Source of the DNA: an uncultured Pseudomonadota bacterium
Lineage (GTDB): Bacteria; Babelota; Babeliae; Babelales; CAIQNR01
Assembly: GCA_964604015.1 (NCBI GenBank)
Contig: CAZRXF010000001.1
Span: 104,156-168,155 of the forward strand
Length of the DNA: 64,000 nt
Reading direction: 5' to 3'
The notes under the pieces: model-generated
Seen by the model: only the letters and a program-made list of their open reading frames with translations
Databases searched by the model: none
Told to the model about the DNA's origin: nothing
In this document: positions 35,362 through 45,457 of the stretch, one piece after another
Numbering within the stretch: the stretch's first letter is position 1
How the letters are laid out: each line of letters starts with the position of its first letter
Translations under genes and position numbers: made by a program

Positions 35362-36303
35362 TTATCGCTCTAAGTCCTTCAGTTGTTCTTGTACCACTTC
35401 AGAGGTTGTAATGGTTCCTGCAAGCTCTTCTTGGTAAAACAAATAGAGACCAAATGACGTTGCAACTACCGTGGCAATAAAGAGTGGACCAACTGCTTTG
35501 CCGAGCCAGAGCCAATCAATAAGAGCGGCAAAAAGCGGTGTGCTGCAGTTAAAAAGTGAAAGTGTGGTTGCAGAATAGCGATGAAGAAGTTTTCCCCAGA
35601 GGTTGTAGACGATTACGTTACCAATTAACACGCTGCTTAAAAGAAGCATCCAGAACAATGATCCATGAAGAATGGACGATGCGGGGCATGGTTCACTGAC
35701 ATATGAAGTTGCAAAAGACAAAAGGCCACCAAAGAACATCCCGAACCCATTAACAAAGACGTAGGAATAGCCCCACTGAGTGGTAATTTTTTTTAGGAAA
35801 ATCCATCCAATACAGGTTGCAAGTACCGAAAGCACCAGTGAAAGCTGTGCAAAGCCAATTTGTGTCGTGGTTCCTCCGATAGAAATTGAAGTGAATTTTG
35901 ACACGATCATAGGAATTGATGCCACCGATCCGATAACAAGACCAAGCCATTTTTTACGTGTCATGAGCTCTTGCAAAAAGAAGAAGGCAAAAAGTGCGGT
36001 GATAAAAGGAGAAAGGTTATACATCAGGGCAACGTAGGCGCCAGAGAGGTATTTGTAACTATAAAACTCAAGAACGTATGAGAAATAGATGTGGAAAATC
36101 ACGATACCGACAAACCACCACGCATGCTCTTTTTTAATAGTAAGCTTTTCTCGCTTAATAAATGCGACATAGCCTAGGAGCAGAAGACCGGCAAGGGTCA
36201 TACGAGCCCCTACAAAAAAGACGGGCGGCACAAGCGCCACCGCTTTTTCGCCTAAAATGAAGGTGCTTGCAAAAAGTGCATACAGCGTGAGGAGTAATAC
36301 CAT
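35362..36303 (-). CDS. EamA/DMT-superfamily transporter (copy 2)
   Basis: 313 aa. It has the same architecture and many identical blocks with copy 3 (MVLLLTLYALFASTFILG, FVGIVIFHIYFSYVLEF, LHRYSATTLSLFNCSTPLFAALIDW). Confidence 0.8.
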   Translation of the reverse strand: MVLLLTLYALFASTFILGEKAVALVPPVFFVGARMTLAGLLLLGYVAFIKREKLTIKKEHAWWFVGIVIFHIYFSYVLEFYSYKYLSGAYVALMYNLSPFITALFAFFFLQELMTRKKWLGLVIGSVASIPMIVSKFTSISIGGTTTQIGFAQLSLVLSVLATCIGWIFLKKITTQWGYSYVFVNGFGMFFGGLLSFATSYVSEPCPASSILHGSLFWMLLLSSVLIGNVIVYNLWGKLLHRYSATTLSLFNCSTPLFAALIDWLWLGKAVGPLFIATVVATSFGLYLFYQEELAGTITTSEVVQEQLKDLER

Positions 36304-36312
36304 AAAAATTCC

Positions 36313-37221
36313 TTAATGAATGAGACCTTCTCTTTTTTCTTCGTGATAAAAAAGAGCAAAAGCTACGGCAAGAGTAATAACTGAGAATAAAAACGTATAA
36401 CCAATCGGTTGATCATAGAGAAAGAACCCAAGAACAGCGGTGGTAAGAGGGGTAACTAATGTGGCAAATGATACCAGCGTTACGGGATATTTCTTAACCA
36501 AATAACCGTACAATGGTTGGGAAATAAGATTATGAGTAATAAAAAGAAAGAGAATGAGTGGAGCTACTACAGAAACGTTGGTAACAGGGAATGGATTCCA
36601 AGATTCAAAGAAGAGTGACACTAGTCCAGAAGCTACCCCCCCAAAAAAGAGAGCCGTTCCCAAGCACCAGATGACTGGATATTTTTCTTGAGTGACAAGC
36701 CGTTTGAAGAAAAAAGTGCCGATGACCACAGAAAGAACGCACACAAACATTGCGGCATACCCACCTGCAAGTTGCATGCTACTTGCGCCGTTGTTTGAAA
36801 CACGTGTGGCAAGAATGTTCTGGATGATCAGAGGAAGTACCCCGACAAAGCCGAGACATAAAGCGCCCAGCTTTTTGAGGGTAAAGGATTCTTTAAAAAC
36901 AAGATTTGAAAGCAGTGCAGTAACAAAGGGAGTAAGCGCACTCAGTAACGCCGCGTGCGAAGCTGGGATTTGTGTGAGCCCTACAAAACGAAAGGCGTCC
37001 ATAAGAAAGTAAAAGAAGGCGACTCCGGCAAAAAGTGGAACAGCCTTTGCGCGAAATGTAATGTTTTTACGATGTAAGACAAAAGATAAGCTCATGAAGA
37101 TAAGACCAGCGGGAACAAGGCGTACAGCGGTAAGAAAGAATGGTGCAGTGTGCATGAGTGCTCTTTTTCCAATAGTGAACACACTTGCTAAGAGGACATA
37201 CATACAAATGAGATCTATCAC
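36313..37221 (-). CDS. EamA/DMT-superfamily transporter (copy 1, more divergent)
   Basis: 302 aa with 10 hydrophobic segments. It shows EamA-type repeats (LLSALTPFVTALLSNLVFKE..., YPVTLVSFATLVTPLTTAVLGFFLY). Confidence 0.75.
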   Translation of the reverse strand: MIDLICMYVLLASVFTIGKRALMHTAPFFLTAVRLVPAGLIFMSLSFVLHRKNITFRAKAVPLFAGVAFFYFLMDAFRFVGLTQIPASHAALLSALTPFVTALLSNLVFKESFTLKKLGALCLGFVGVLPLIIQNILATRVSNNGASSMQLAGGYAAMFVCVLSVVIGTFFFKRLVTQEKYPVIWCLGTALFFGGVASGLVSLFFESWNPFPVTNVSVVAPLILFLFITHNLISQPLYGYLVKKYPVTLVSFATLVTPLTTAVLGFFLYDQPIGYTFLFSVITLAVAFALFYHEEKREGLIH

Positions 37222-37289
37222 TTTTTAACCTTTCATTACACACAGGGAAAGCGAATTCTCTTAGTATATGAAACCTCTAGAGCATGTGT

Positions 37290-38096
37290 CTACAGCGGAT
37301 CATTATCAACAACGTACACCGGTTCGATGGATAACGCTTTTCCTGTGGCTGTGTCAGCGGTGATAACTGCTCCACTCAAGACATAGGGAGCGTCAGTTGC
37401 ACCCTGATATCGTGTTGGCATCTGGGTAAGAAAGCGATTCAAGAATCCTTCTTTTGTTGCGCCAATCATAGAATTGAGAGATCCTGCCATCCCAAGGTCG
37501 CTGATATAGGCAGTTCCGTTAGGAAGTATTCGTGCATCGGCTGTTTGTACATGTGTGTGGGTTCCTACGACCGCCGTTACTTTCCCATCAAGGTACGCTG
37601 CTAAAGCAACTTTTTCGGCATTCGTTTCTGCATGAAAATCAACAAACATGAGCGGAGTAACTTTTTTTGCTTCTTCAAGAAGATCGAGTGCTTTTTGAAA
37701 GGGACAGTTAATCTGTACGGGCATAAAAAGGCGTCCCATCAGGTTCATGACCCCGACAGTAACTCCTTTGCAGGAAAAAAATGTCATGCCTTTTCCGGGG
37801 CATGCATCAGGGTAGTTTGCCGGTCTGAGGATAGTTTCTGATTGATTGAGATACTCAAAAATATCTTTCTTATCAAAGATGTGATTGCCCGAGGTGATGA
37901 CTGTAACACCGTGATTGTGCAAAAATTGTGCGATTGCAGGAGTGATTCCTTTTCCATCAGCGCAGTTTTCTCCATTGATGATGATTGCATCAAGTTGGTA
38001 TTCAGAGCGTAGGTGTTCGACATGACGTGCAAAAAGATCTCTTCCTGGTCTGCCTACCAGATCTCCTAGCAGCAAAACACGTATGACACTGCTCAT
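37290..38096 (-). CDS. ymdB: YmdB-like metallophosphoesterase (2',3'-cyclic-nucleotide phosphodiesterase family), copy 2
   Basis: 268 aa. Blocks present: VLLLGDLVGRPGR, IINGENCADGKGIT, VITSGNH, VDFHAETNAEK and GTHTHVQTADARILPNGTAYISDLGMAG. Its start overlaps the upstream stop as ATGA (38093-38096). Confidence 0.8.
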   Translation of the reverse strand: MSSVIRVLLLGDLVGRPGRDLFARHVEHLRSEYQLDAIIINGENCADGKGITPAIAQFLHNHGVTVITSGNHIFDKKDIFEYLNQSETILRPANYPDACPGKGMTFFSCKGVTVGVMNLMGRLFMPVQINCPFQKALDLLEEAKKVTPLMFVDFHAETNAEKVALAAYLDGKVTAVVGTHTHVQTADARILPNGTAYISDLGMAGSLNSMIGATKEGFLNRFLTQMPTRYQGATDAPYVLSGAVITADTATGKALSIEPVYVVDNDPL

Positions 38097-38914
38097 GAGA
38101 GGTCCCCCAATTGTTCTGCATCTGTTTTTATAAAAGGTTCGATGGCAAGTGCCTTACCGGTTACTGGATCGACCGTGATGATTGCTCCTGTCATGTGGTA
38201 AGGTGCTGTGACTACTACTTCGCCGTGATGTGGCATTCGCGTGACAAATCCTTGGACAAACGGTTCTAGTTCAAAACCAATAAGAGAGTGAGTTGAGCCT
38301 GACATACCAAGGTCAGTGATATATGCTGTTCCACCAGGTAAAATTCGCGCATCACTGGTAAGCGTATGGGTGTGCGTTCCAACAACAGCGGTTACTTTCC
38401 CTTCTAAAAAGTACGCGAGACCCAATTTTTCTGAAGTAGCTTCTGCATGAAAGTCGACAAACATGATGGGGGTAATGGCAGCGCTTTCTTTGAGCAGCTT
38501 TTCTGCTTCGTAAAAAGGACAATCAAGGACAGGATCCATGAAGACGCGACCCATGAGATTCATGACTCCGATGGTGTATCCCTTACAGGAAAAAAAGGTC
38601 ATCCCCTTACCAGGACAAGAAGCGGGAAAATTTGCAGGGCGAATAACGTCTGTATGTGCATCAAGGTACGGAAAAATGCTTTTTTCATCCCAGCTGTGGT
38701 TACCACCAGTGACGATATCTGCTCCGTTCTTTCTTAAAAACAAGGCGTCTTCGGGGGTGATGCCGCATCCTGAATCGGTGCTGTTTTCTCCGTTTACTAT
38801 GATTGCATCAACAGCATGATCGGCTCTGATTGCGGTACTGTGACGGGCAAAAAGAGCTCTACCCGTCCTACCAATCAGATCACCAAGCATCAGTACGCGT
38901 AGCACCTGACTCAT
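38093..38914 (-). CDS. ymdB: YmdB-like metallophosphoesterase, copy 1
   Basis: 273 aa with the same motif set (VLMLGDLIGRTGR, IVNGEN, VTGGNH, VDFHAEATSEK, GTHTHTLTSDARILPGGTAYITDLGMSG). It starts 12 nt downstream of the rny stop. Confidence 0.8.
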   Translation of the reverse strand: MSQVLRVLMLGDLIGRTGRALFARHSTAIRADHAVDAIIVNGENSTDSGCGITPEDALFLRKNGADIVTGGNHSWDEKSIFPYLDAHTDVIRPANFPASCPGKGMTFFSCKGYTIGVMNLMGRVFMDPVLDCPFYEAEKLLKESAAITPIMFVDFHAEATSEKLGLAYFLEGKVTAVVGTHTHTLTSDARILPGGTAYITDLGMSGSTHSLIGFELEPFVQGFVTRMPHHGEVVVTAPYHMTGAIITVDPVTGKALAIEPFIKTDAEQLGDLS

Positions 38915-38926
38915 AAGCTCTCCTTT

Positions 38927-40486
38927 TTATCGAGCGTATTCAATCGAACGTTTTTCTCGGATAACGTTAACTTTAATTTGTCCGGGGAAAGACATTTCGT
39001 CTTCAATGCGTTTTGCAATGTCACGCGCCAAGATTCCTGCTTTTTCATCGTCAAGAAGGTCCTCCTCAACAATGACGCGGACTTCCCTACCTGCTTGCAA
39101 CGCATAGGCTTTTTTAACTCCGCCAAAGCTATTTGCAATGTCTTCGAGTTTTTCAAGCCGTTTGATGTATGCAGTGAGTGTTTCTCTACGTGCACCAGGA
39201 CGTGATGCTGAGATGGTATCGGCAATCACTACAATCGGGGCATAAATAGAAAGGAAGGGAACTTCTTCATGGTGAGCCGCAATTGCGTTTACCACAAGAG
39301 GGCTTTCTCCACAGCGTTTTGCAATATCGCCACCGATGATAGCATGCGGTCCTTCAACCTCTGCAGTTACGGCTTTTCCAATATCATGTAAAAGACCAGC
39401 GCGCATTGCTATTTCACCGTTTAGACCGAGTTCTTCTGCAATCATACGGGCAAACATACCGACTTCTTTACTGTGATCGAGGACATTTTGAGAGAATGAT
39501 GTTCTAAAATAGAGCTTACCCAGCAAGGTTACGATTTCAGGGTGAATGCCTTGGATATTGCATTCAAGGATTGCCTGCTTTCCGTATTCTTCAATTGCTT
39601 CTTCGATTTCTTTTTCGTAGTAAGCAACCGTTTCTTCAATACGTGTTGGATTGATACGACCATCAAGAATCAATTTTTCAAGGGTACGGCGCGCTATTTC
39701 TCGTCGTATCGGGTTAAAGCCAGAAATGGTAATTACTTCCGGTGTTTCACCAATAACAAATTCCATCCCCGTTGCCATTTCAAGCGACTTGATGTTGCGC
39801 CCTTCTTTTCCAATGATGCGCCCTTTCATTTCTTCCTTTGGAAGGTGCACTACACTGGATGCGTTCGGCGTTACTTGATCGATGGTGTAGCGCTGCATGG
39901 CGCTTACGACGATTTGTATAGATTTTTCTTTTGCCGTTTGACGTGTTTCTTCTTCAACCTTTTGGATCCATTTTTGATTAGAAAGATTCACTTCAGCGTA
40001 TAAGATATCGGCAAGTTCTTTCTTTGCTTGGTCTTTGCTCAAGCCACCGATATTTTCCAGCTTGGTGATCAGCTCTGTGTAGAGTGATTTGAGCTTTTCC
40101 TCATTTGAGTGCATAAGCTCGCTCATTCGATTGAGCTTGCGCTCTTTCTCCTGGAGTTCTCGCTTGAGATCATCAAGTTGCTCTTCTTTTTTATCGAGCG
40201 TGTCTTCTTTGGATTGGATCTTTGATTGTTGGCGATCGAGTTCAATGCGATCACGCTTAATCTCAGCTTCAAACTCAGTGCGTCGTTTATAAATCTCGTC
40301 TTTGACTTTTAAAAGCGCTTCTTTTCGTTCCGTTTCTATTTCTCGTTTTGCACTTCTGTGCTTTTCTTCGACGGAAGCCAGCAACGCATTCGCATCCGCC
40401 AATTTTTTCTTGGCGTACATGAGCATTACCAGGGCTAGTGCAATCCCCACAAGCCCAAGAAGAACTTCACCTATTCCTAATAACAT
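38927..40486 (-). CDS. rny: Ribonuclease Y
   Basis: 519 aa. It has an N-terminal TM anchor (LLGLVGIALALVMLMY), a long coiled coil, a KH domain (GRIIGKEGRNIKSLE) and an HD domain (GLLHDIGKA). Confidence 0.92.
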   Translation of the reverse strand: MLLGIGEVLLGLVGIALALVMLMYAKKKLADANALLASVEEKHRSAKREIETERKEALLKVKDEIYKRRTEFEAEIKRDRIELDRQQSKIQSKEDTLDKKEEQLDDLKRELQEKERKLNRMSELMHSNEEKLKSLYTELITKLENIGGLSKDQAKKELADILYAEVNLSNQKWIQKVEEETRQTAKEKSIQIVVSAMQRYTIDQVTPNASSVVHLPKEEMKGRIIGKEGRNIKSLEMATGMEFVIGETPEVITISGFNPIRREIARRTLEKLILDGRINPTRIEETVAYYEKEIEEAIEEYGKQAILECNIQGIHPEIVTLLGKLYFRTSFSQNVLDHSKEVGMFARMIAEELGLNGEIAMRAGLLHDIGKAVTAEVEGPHAIIGGDIAKRCGESPLVVNAIAAHHEEVPFLSIYAPIVVIADTISASRPGARRETLTAYIKRLEKLEDIANSFGGVKKAYALQAGREVRVIVEEDLLDDEKAGILARDIAKRIEDEMSFPGQIKVNVIREKRSIEYAR

Positions 40487-40609
40487 TGGTCTTTCCTATT
40501 TCTATGCGCTGCGATCTTCAACCTACTTAGTTTTATGCGCAACGTTACATCTGTGCGTTTTCCTGGCACGCACTGAGGAAAATAACCGTAAAAATGATAG
40601 GTCAAAAAG

Positions 40610-40888
40610 TCAAACAAGGAGCCTCATTTCCCGCTCCACCTTTTCCAAAAGACGTTGAATTTCTTCCTGCTGCATTCCCTCAGATGCTTCATCTTTCAAC
40701 ATCTTGCTTGCCAGTTGAAGGGCTACTAGAACAGCAACCCTCTCTCGCTCTGCAACTCCCGCATCAAGGATGGCGCGCATTGCAGAATCAACGTAAGCAG
40801 CAGCACGAAAAACATGAGAATCATCCTCGTCCCCTACCAGTGTGTAAGGAACATCACAGATAGAGACCTTTACCCTGTTCTTAGCCAT
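40610..40888 (-). CDS. zapA: Cell division protein ZapA
   Basis: Start is at the ATG at 40888. The sequence MAKNRVKVSICDVPYTLVGDEDDSHVFRAAAYVDSAMRAI...VAVLVALQLAS shows the ZapA pattern. Its position upstream of rny is a common arrangement. Confidence 0.75.
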   Translation of the reverse strand: MAKNRVKVSICDVPYTLVGDEDDSHVFRAAAYVDSAMRAILDAGVAERERVAVLVALQLASKMLKDEASEGMQQEEIQRLLEKVEREMRLLV

Positions 40889-40895
40889 CGTGAAC

Positions 40896-41156
40896 TCATC
40901 TTTCACTTTCAATGAGTTCGTCGATGCTTTTGAGTAACTCACTGACTGCTTTCTCGGTAACCGTTAGTTTTTGTTCAAATTGCTTGTTTTCATTCAGCAA
41001 CGAACGTTCAAGACGGACGATCTGCTCCTCTAACTGCTTTGCCTTTGATTCTAACTGCACGTTTTGATTCTCGAGTGTGGCGTTTTCTTCCTTCAACGTG
41101 CGCAACAATTCAATGAGGCTTTCGATCTTCTTCTCGAGTATGGCTATCATTTCCAC
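40896..41156 (-). CDS. ZapB-like short coiled-coil protein
   Basis: About 84-86 aa of pure heptad-type sequence (ILEKKIESLIELLRTLKEENATLENQN...) immediately upstream of zapA. Start is the GTG at 41156 or the ATG at 41150. Confidence 0.5.
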   Translation of the reverse strand: MEMIAILEKKIESLIELLRTLKEENATLENQNVQLESKAKQLEEQIVRLERSLLNENKQFEQKLTVTEKAVSELLKSIDELIESER

Positions 41157-41222
41157 GCTTCTCTCCCTCTTTTTGTTATCTACGTGCTGAGTTGAGATTC
41201 TACTGAGAAGCCAGTTTTAATG

Positions 41223-41579
41223 TCAAGAACGAGCCTGTCTTGCAAGATCGACGATCTTTGAAAAGCCTTGTGGTTCAAAAATAGCAAGCTGGCTGAGCAT
41301 CTTTCTGTTAAGAACAACATTTGCTTTTTTAAGACCGTAGGTGAACACAGAGTACGAAAGCCCAAGTGGCTTAACTGCCGCATTGATACGGGTGATGAAA
41401 AGCGCACGAGTAGAACGTTTTTTCAGTTTTCTACCAACGAATGCGAATGCCATTGCACGAAGCAACGTCTCCTTAGCGCGTCTAAAAATATTGCCGCGCT
41501 GACCCCAGTAACCCTTAGTTTGCTTGAGTAACTTTTTGTGTCTTTTTTTTGTCGCTATACCGCGTTTAACTCTTGTCAT
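41223..41579 (-). CDS. rplT: 50S ribosomal protein L20
   Basis: MTRVKRGIATKKRHKKLLKQTKGYWGQR... is the canonical L20 N-terminus. Length is 118 aa and it sits in infC-rpmI-rplT order. Confidence 0.95.
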   Translation of the reverse strand: MTRVKRGIATKKRHKKLLKQTKGYWGQRGNIFRRAKETLLRAMAFAFVGRKLKKRSTRALFITRINAAVKPLGLSYSVFTYGLKKANVVLNRKMLSQLAIFEPQGFSKIVDLARQARS

Positions 41580-41590
41580 GTTTTATCCAT

Positions 41591-41788
41591 TTACCAGTAA
41601 GGAAGTAAGAGACTGATTTCTTTTACGTTCACGTCAGCAATATAACCACCCTGACGTAGCTGTCGCTTTTTCTTGCGCGTTTTCTTTGTCAAAATGTGAC
41701 GTCGCAATGCGCAAGCACGCTTAATCTTGTTTTTACCAACGCGTTTAAAGCGTTTTTTTGCAGCAGAATTTGTTTTTACTTTTGGCAT
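41591..41788 (-). CDS. rpmI: 50S ribosomal protein L35
   Basis: MPKVKTNSAAKKRFKRVGKNKIKR..., 65 aa, located between infC and rplT. Confidence 0.95.
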   Translation of the reverse strand: MPKVKTNSAAKKRFKRVGKNKIKRACALRRHILTKKTRKKKRQLRQGGYIADVNVKEISLLLPYW

Positions 41789-41801
41789 TGTGTTCCACCT
41801 A

Positions 41802-42380
41802 TCACTTCTTCAAAAAAAACATTTTAGACCACGTTTTCCCGGCATTTGCTTCTTTTTCTTCTCCGAGCTTGTCGGACAAGCCATGCGCTTGAAAACTGCG
41901 GTTTATTTTATCAAATAACTGGCCGCCTTGCTCTGCTTTGAAGGCAACCTCACGTCCATGAAATTGAACTGTGATCTTAAGCCGATTTCCTTCTTTCAAG
42001 AATTCGATTGCTTGACTGATCTTCCGCTCATAATCATGCTCGCCAATTTTTGGACGAATTTTTATTTCTTTTACAAGAATAACTTTTTGATTTTTCTTAG
42101 CTTCAGTTTGCTTTTTCTTGGTTTTATACAGTTCTTTTCCGTGATCCAAAATTTTGACCACCGGAACGCCAAGAGCTCCACTTTCTGCAAGCATTACCAG
42201 GTCAAGACCCGCGCTCCTTGCTTGTGTAAGCGCTTCCATCCTCGAAACTACTCCAATATTCGTCCCGTCAGCTGTGATAAGCTGAACCTGCGGAGCACGA
42301 ATACCTTCGTTGATGAGTTGTTGAGTAGCCTTGTTTGTTGTAGGGCTCTCTTTTGACGGATCATTTCCTCTAAAAACCAT
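41802..42380 (-). CDS. infC: Translation initiation factor IF-3
   Basis: It carries INEGIRAPQVQLITADGTNIGVVSRMEALTQARSAGLDLVMLAE and C-domain blocks (KEIKIRPKIGEHDYERK). The start is not certain, because infC often uses an atypical start codon. Confidence 0.9.
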   Translation of the reverse strand: MVFRGNDPSKESPTTNKATQQLINEGIRAPQVQLITADGTNIGVVSRMEALTQARSAGLDLVMLAESGALGVPVVKILDHGKELYKTKKKQTEAKKNQKVILVKEIKIRPKIGEHDYERKISQAIEFLKEGNRLKITVQFHGREVAFKAEQGGQLFDKINRSFQAHGLSDKLGEEKEANAGKTWSKMFFLKK

Positions 42381-42416
42381 AGATCTCTTCTGCTTTTTGA
42401 TTTTTCATGACGATAC

Positions 42417-43481
42417 CTATACTGCCCCAGCAATTGCCGATTGAACCTTTGTTCTAATCGACCCGGCAACATCTTTCTCTTGTTTAAGATAGTGAAGGAC
42501 TTGCTCTCTACCTTGAGCCATCTTATTCCCCTCATAAGCAAACCATGAACCGGACTGGGTTACCACTCCGTAAAAAAGTGCCGCATCAAGAAGGTCAAGC
42601 TCTCGACTGATCCCCTCATTGAAAAGAAGGTCAACTTCAATGCGCTTGAAAGGAGCTGCAACCTTGTTCTTTGCAACTTTGATTGCGACTCTGTTTCCTA
42701 TGTGGACTTCGTCTTTTTTCAAACTTGCAATTCTTCGAACATCAAGCCGAACGGAAGCGTAAAATTTAAGCGCATTTCCACCGGTGGTTGTTTCTTTATT
42801 TGCAAACGCCATACCGCCAATGGTGTGGCGAATCTGGTTGATAAAGATCAAGATAGCCTTCGATTTGTGAACGATAGGGGTTAATTTTCGTAAAGCCTGC
42901 GACATCAGTCGAGCCTGAAGCCCAACGTGCGTATCACCCATTTCCCCTTCAAGTTCAGCCTTTGGAACAAGTGCGGCAACAGAATCAACAACGATGATGT
43001 CTATTGCCCCTGATCGAACAAGCATCTCAACAATATCGAGCGCCTGCTCACCATAATCAGGTTGTGAAATAATGAGTTCGTTTACGTTGATACCCAACTT
43101 GGCTGCGTGCTCAGGGTCAAGTGCGTGTTCCGCATCAATGAACGCGCAAATGCCGCCATTTCTTTGAGACTGGGCAATTGCCTGAAGTGCCAGTGTTGTT
43201 TTACCAGAAGCTTCAGGTCCATAAATTTCTATGATTCTTCCTATAGGATAGCCACCAACTCCCAACGCTTGGTCAAGAAGAATGGACCCCGAGGAAACAA
43301 CCTCAACCGTGCTACCCGCAGATTGACCGAGGAGCATAACCGCCCCTTTGCCGTACTGCTTATCTATCTGAGCGAACGTAACTTCAAGAGCTTTTTGTTT
43401 GGCTGAAACATCACGGTTTTCAGCACCCTCCTTCTGCCTTACCGCCGAATCAGAAGTCTGTTGCGTTGTCTTTGGTTTCAT
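42417..43481 (-). CDS. recA: Recombinase RecA
   Basis: 354 aa. Blocks present: Walker [47 protein letters not shown] and FINQIR. Its start overlaps the upstream stop as ATGA (43478-43481). Confidence 0.95.
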   Translation of the reverse strand: MKPKTTQQTSDSAVRQKEGAENRDVSAKQKALEVTFAQIDKQYGKGAVMLLGQSAGSTVEVVSSGSILLDQALGVGGYPIGRIIEIYGPEASGKTTLALQAIAQSQRNGGICAFIDAEHALDPEHAAKLGINVNELIISQPDYGEQALDIVEMLVRSGAIDIIVVDSVAALVPKAELEGEMGDTHVGLQARLMSQALRKLTPIVHKSKAILIFINQIRHTIGGMAFANKETTTGGNALKFYASVRLDVRRIASLKKDEVHIGNRVAIKVAKNKVAAPFKRIEVDLLFNEGISRELDLLDAALFYGVVTQSGSWFAYEGNKMAQGREQVLHYLKQEKDVAGSIRTKVQSAIAGAV

Positions 43482-45451
43482 ACTAGGTCTTTCACACGGG
43501 ATATTGAATCATCGACTTTTATTGTAGCAGTTCTGAATAAAGACGCAATAAAGGCATGGGAGAAAATGGAGTTGCTGCGCTCAAAAATCGCTTTTAGGAG
43601 CTCCGGGCGTTTCTCAGTGAAATCGCTTTCTTTGACTTCTTCAATGTCATCAAGCCTTACCACAACCCCGCTTTTTGCGGAAAATGAGGCAAGAACTGCA
43701 CCCTTCCAGTCAAGTCCCATACTTTCTTGAGGGAATCCAACATCAAAGAGTGCTTTCATGCCGTTTTCATCATCCATAGTAATAAACTGTGTTGAGCTTA
43801 TTTTTCCTCCATCAACCGGAGTAAAGGTGCCCGTCTTAAGAACGCTAGACTTTGCCTGTTTTACCGCAGCTTCAAGAGCTTTTGTTGCCTGGTCTTCATA
43901 AAAATCATTTGCGACTTTTGCCTTAACCGATTCAAAGGGAGCCTGTTCTGTTTTGGTTTTTCCATCAAGTTGGAGAATAATGCCTTTTCCATTTGCTATG
44001 AATGCTGTGAAGTCGCCTTCATTTCTTAGGGCAAAAAGACGTTGTTCAAGCGGATCTTCTGTTTCACGCTTAACTTGGCGCATGGTAGTTTTTGTACCAT
44101 TGTGGGTTGCTACAAAAGTGTCACGTGCTTCGTGTGGTGTTTCCTGACGAGAAAGCTGTGTTGCAAGTTTGGTAAATTCGGTTTTGAACTTTTGCTCAAA
44201 CAAGATCTTTTTGATCTCTTCTTTTGCGCTTTCAAATGATTGAAACGATGCATCCTTGCGCGCTACACGTTGCAGAATAATGAACCCTTTTTCGACAGGA
44301 ACAACGGGAGAGACTTCTCCATCCTGTTTCAATTTGAAGGCTGCTTTTTCATATTCTTTTTCGTGTGTTCCGCGTTTGAAAAAGTCACCAAGCCCACCAC
44401 GTGATGCAGTTTTTTTGTTCATGGAATGTTCTTTAGCAAGTTTTTCAAATTGCGTTGGATCTTGTGCAAGTTGTGCATAAATTTCTGTCGCTTCTTGAGC
44501 AAGTGCCTTTAATCCCTTGTTTTCAACATCATTCAGGATTATTTCTCGTACCTGAACCTGCACTGGTTCTTTTATGAAACGAGTTGATTTGTTCTTATTG
44601 TAGAAAGCTTCTAATTCTGATTCTTCAAGAGTGATACCATAGTCAGCTGGGGTGAACGTCCAGATAGAAGCATCACGTTTTTCGGGAGTCCAGTAGCGAC
44701 GGGCAAGTTTATTTTGTTCGTCAAAGAATGCTTTCAGTTGCTTATCTGTGGCACCCTTTGTTTTTTCAGCTGCGAAAAACAGATCAAAAGAGAACGTTTG
44801 ATAGGAGAATTTTTTTGCCAACTTACGCTCAATGTACATTTGTCGAATATCATAAGATGGCACAAAGAACCCGGATTGAAGCATCAAGATGGCAAACTGT
44901 TTTGTGAGCTTTTCTTTCATCATTTTTTCAAGGAGTGGCATTTGCCCTGTTCCTTTAAGAAATTCAAGTGCTGCAAAGGTGTCGAGTGTTCCTTGCTTTG
45001 TAAAAACTTCTTGAGGGAGTAGCTCTCCTGCTTCTTCAAGCAAGAAGCGAGGGTCGGCAAGCCGTGCTTCAAGGTAACCATGCGCAACATGAACACTCAA
45101 AGAATCAGCAAATTGTTCCATAAGTTCGGCATGCACCAATGTGTTGAGCGCACCAAGTTGCGGGTCGGAACTCACACCCATCATTTTCATATAGAGATCC
45201 GCATTCTTTCCATAGTGTTGACGAATTTGAGAAAGCTTACGGTCTTCTTGTGCAACAGCCTTTTGAAAGAGCTGTCGGGAGATTTCTACTCCATTTACTT
45301 CAGCAATGCCATCGATAGACCCACCTTTAAGATATTTGAGAAGCACGCGTGAAAGACCAAGCCCACCAAACATGGCAAGGAACAGAAACCCCATAAAAAT
45401 TCTGCCCGCCGTCCCTTTTATAGCTTTTCGTAATGATATAATGATCGCCAT
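43478..45451 (-). CDS. PpiD/SurA-like periplasmic chaperone with a parvulin-type PPIase domain
   Basis: 657 aa with an N-terminal anchor ([16 protein letters not shown]) and a SurA-N-like region. A parvulin-like segment follows (VQVREIILN...[47 protein letters not shown]). Confidence 0.7.
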   Translation of the reverse strand: MAIIISLRKAIKGTAGRIFMGFLFLAMFGGLGLSRVLLKYLKGGSIDGIAEVNGVEISRQLFQKAVAQEDRKLSQIRQHYGKNADLYMKMMGVSSDPQLGALNTLVHAELMEQFADSLSVHVAHGYLEARLADPRFLLEEAGELLPQEVFTKQGTLDTFAALEFLKGTGQMPLLEKMMKEKLTKQFAILMLQSGFFVPSYDIRQMYIERKLAKKFSYQTFSFDLFFAAEKTKGATDKQLKAFFDEQNKLARRYWTPEKRDASIWTFTPADYGITLEESELEAFYNKNKSTRFIKEPVQVQVREIILNDVENKGLKALAQEATEIYAQLAQDPTQFEKLAKEHSMNKKTASRGGLGDFFKRGTHEKEYEKAAFKLKQDGEVSPVVPVEKGFIILQRVARKDASFQSFESAKEEIKKILFEQKFKTEFTKLATQLSRQETPHEARDTFVATHNGTKTTMRQVKRETEDPLEQRLFALRNEGDFTAFIANGKGIILQLDGKTKTEQAPFESVKAKVANDFYEDQATKALEAAVKQAKSSVLKTGTFTPVDGGKISSTQFITMDDENGMKALFDVGFPQESMGLDWKGAVLASFSAKSGVVVRLDDIEEVKESDFTEKRPELLKAIFERSNSIFSHAFIASLFRTATIKVDDSISRVKDLV

Positions 45452-45457
45452 GTTACT

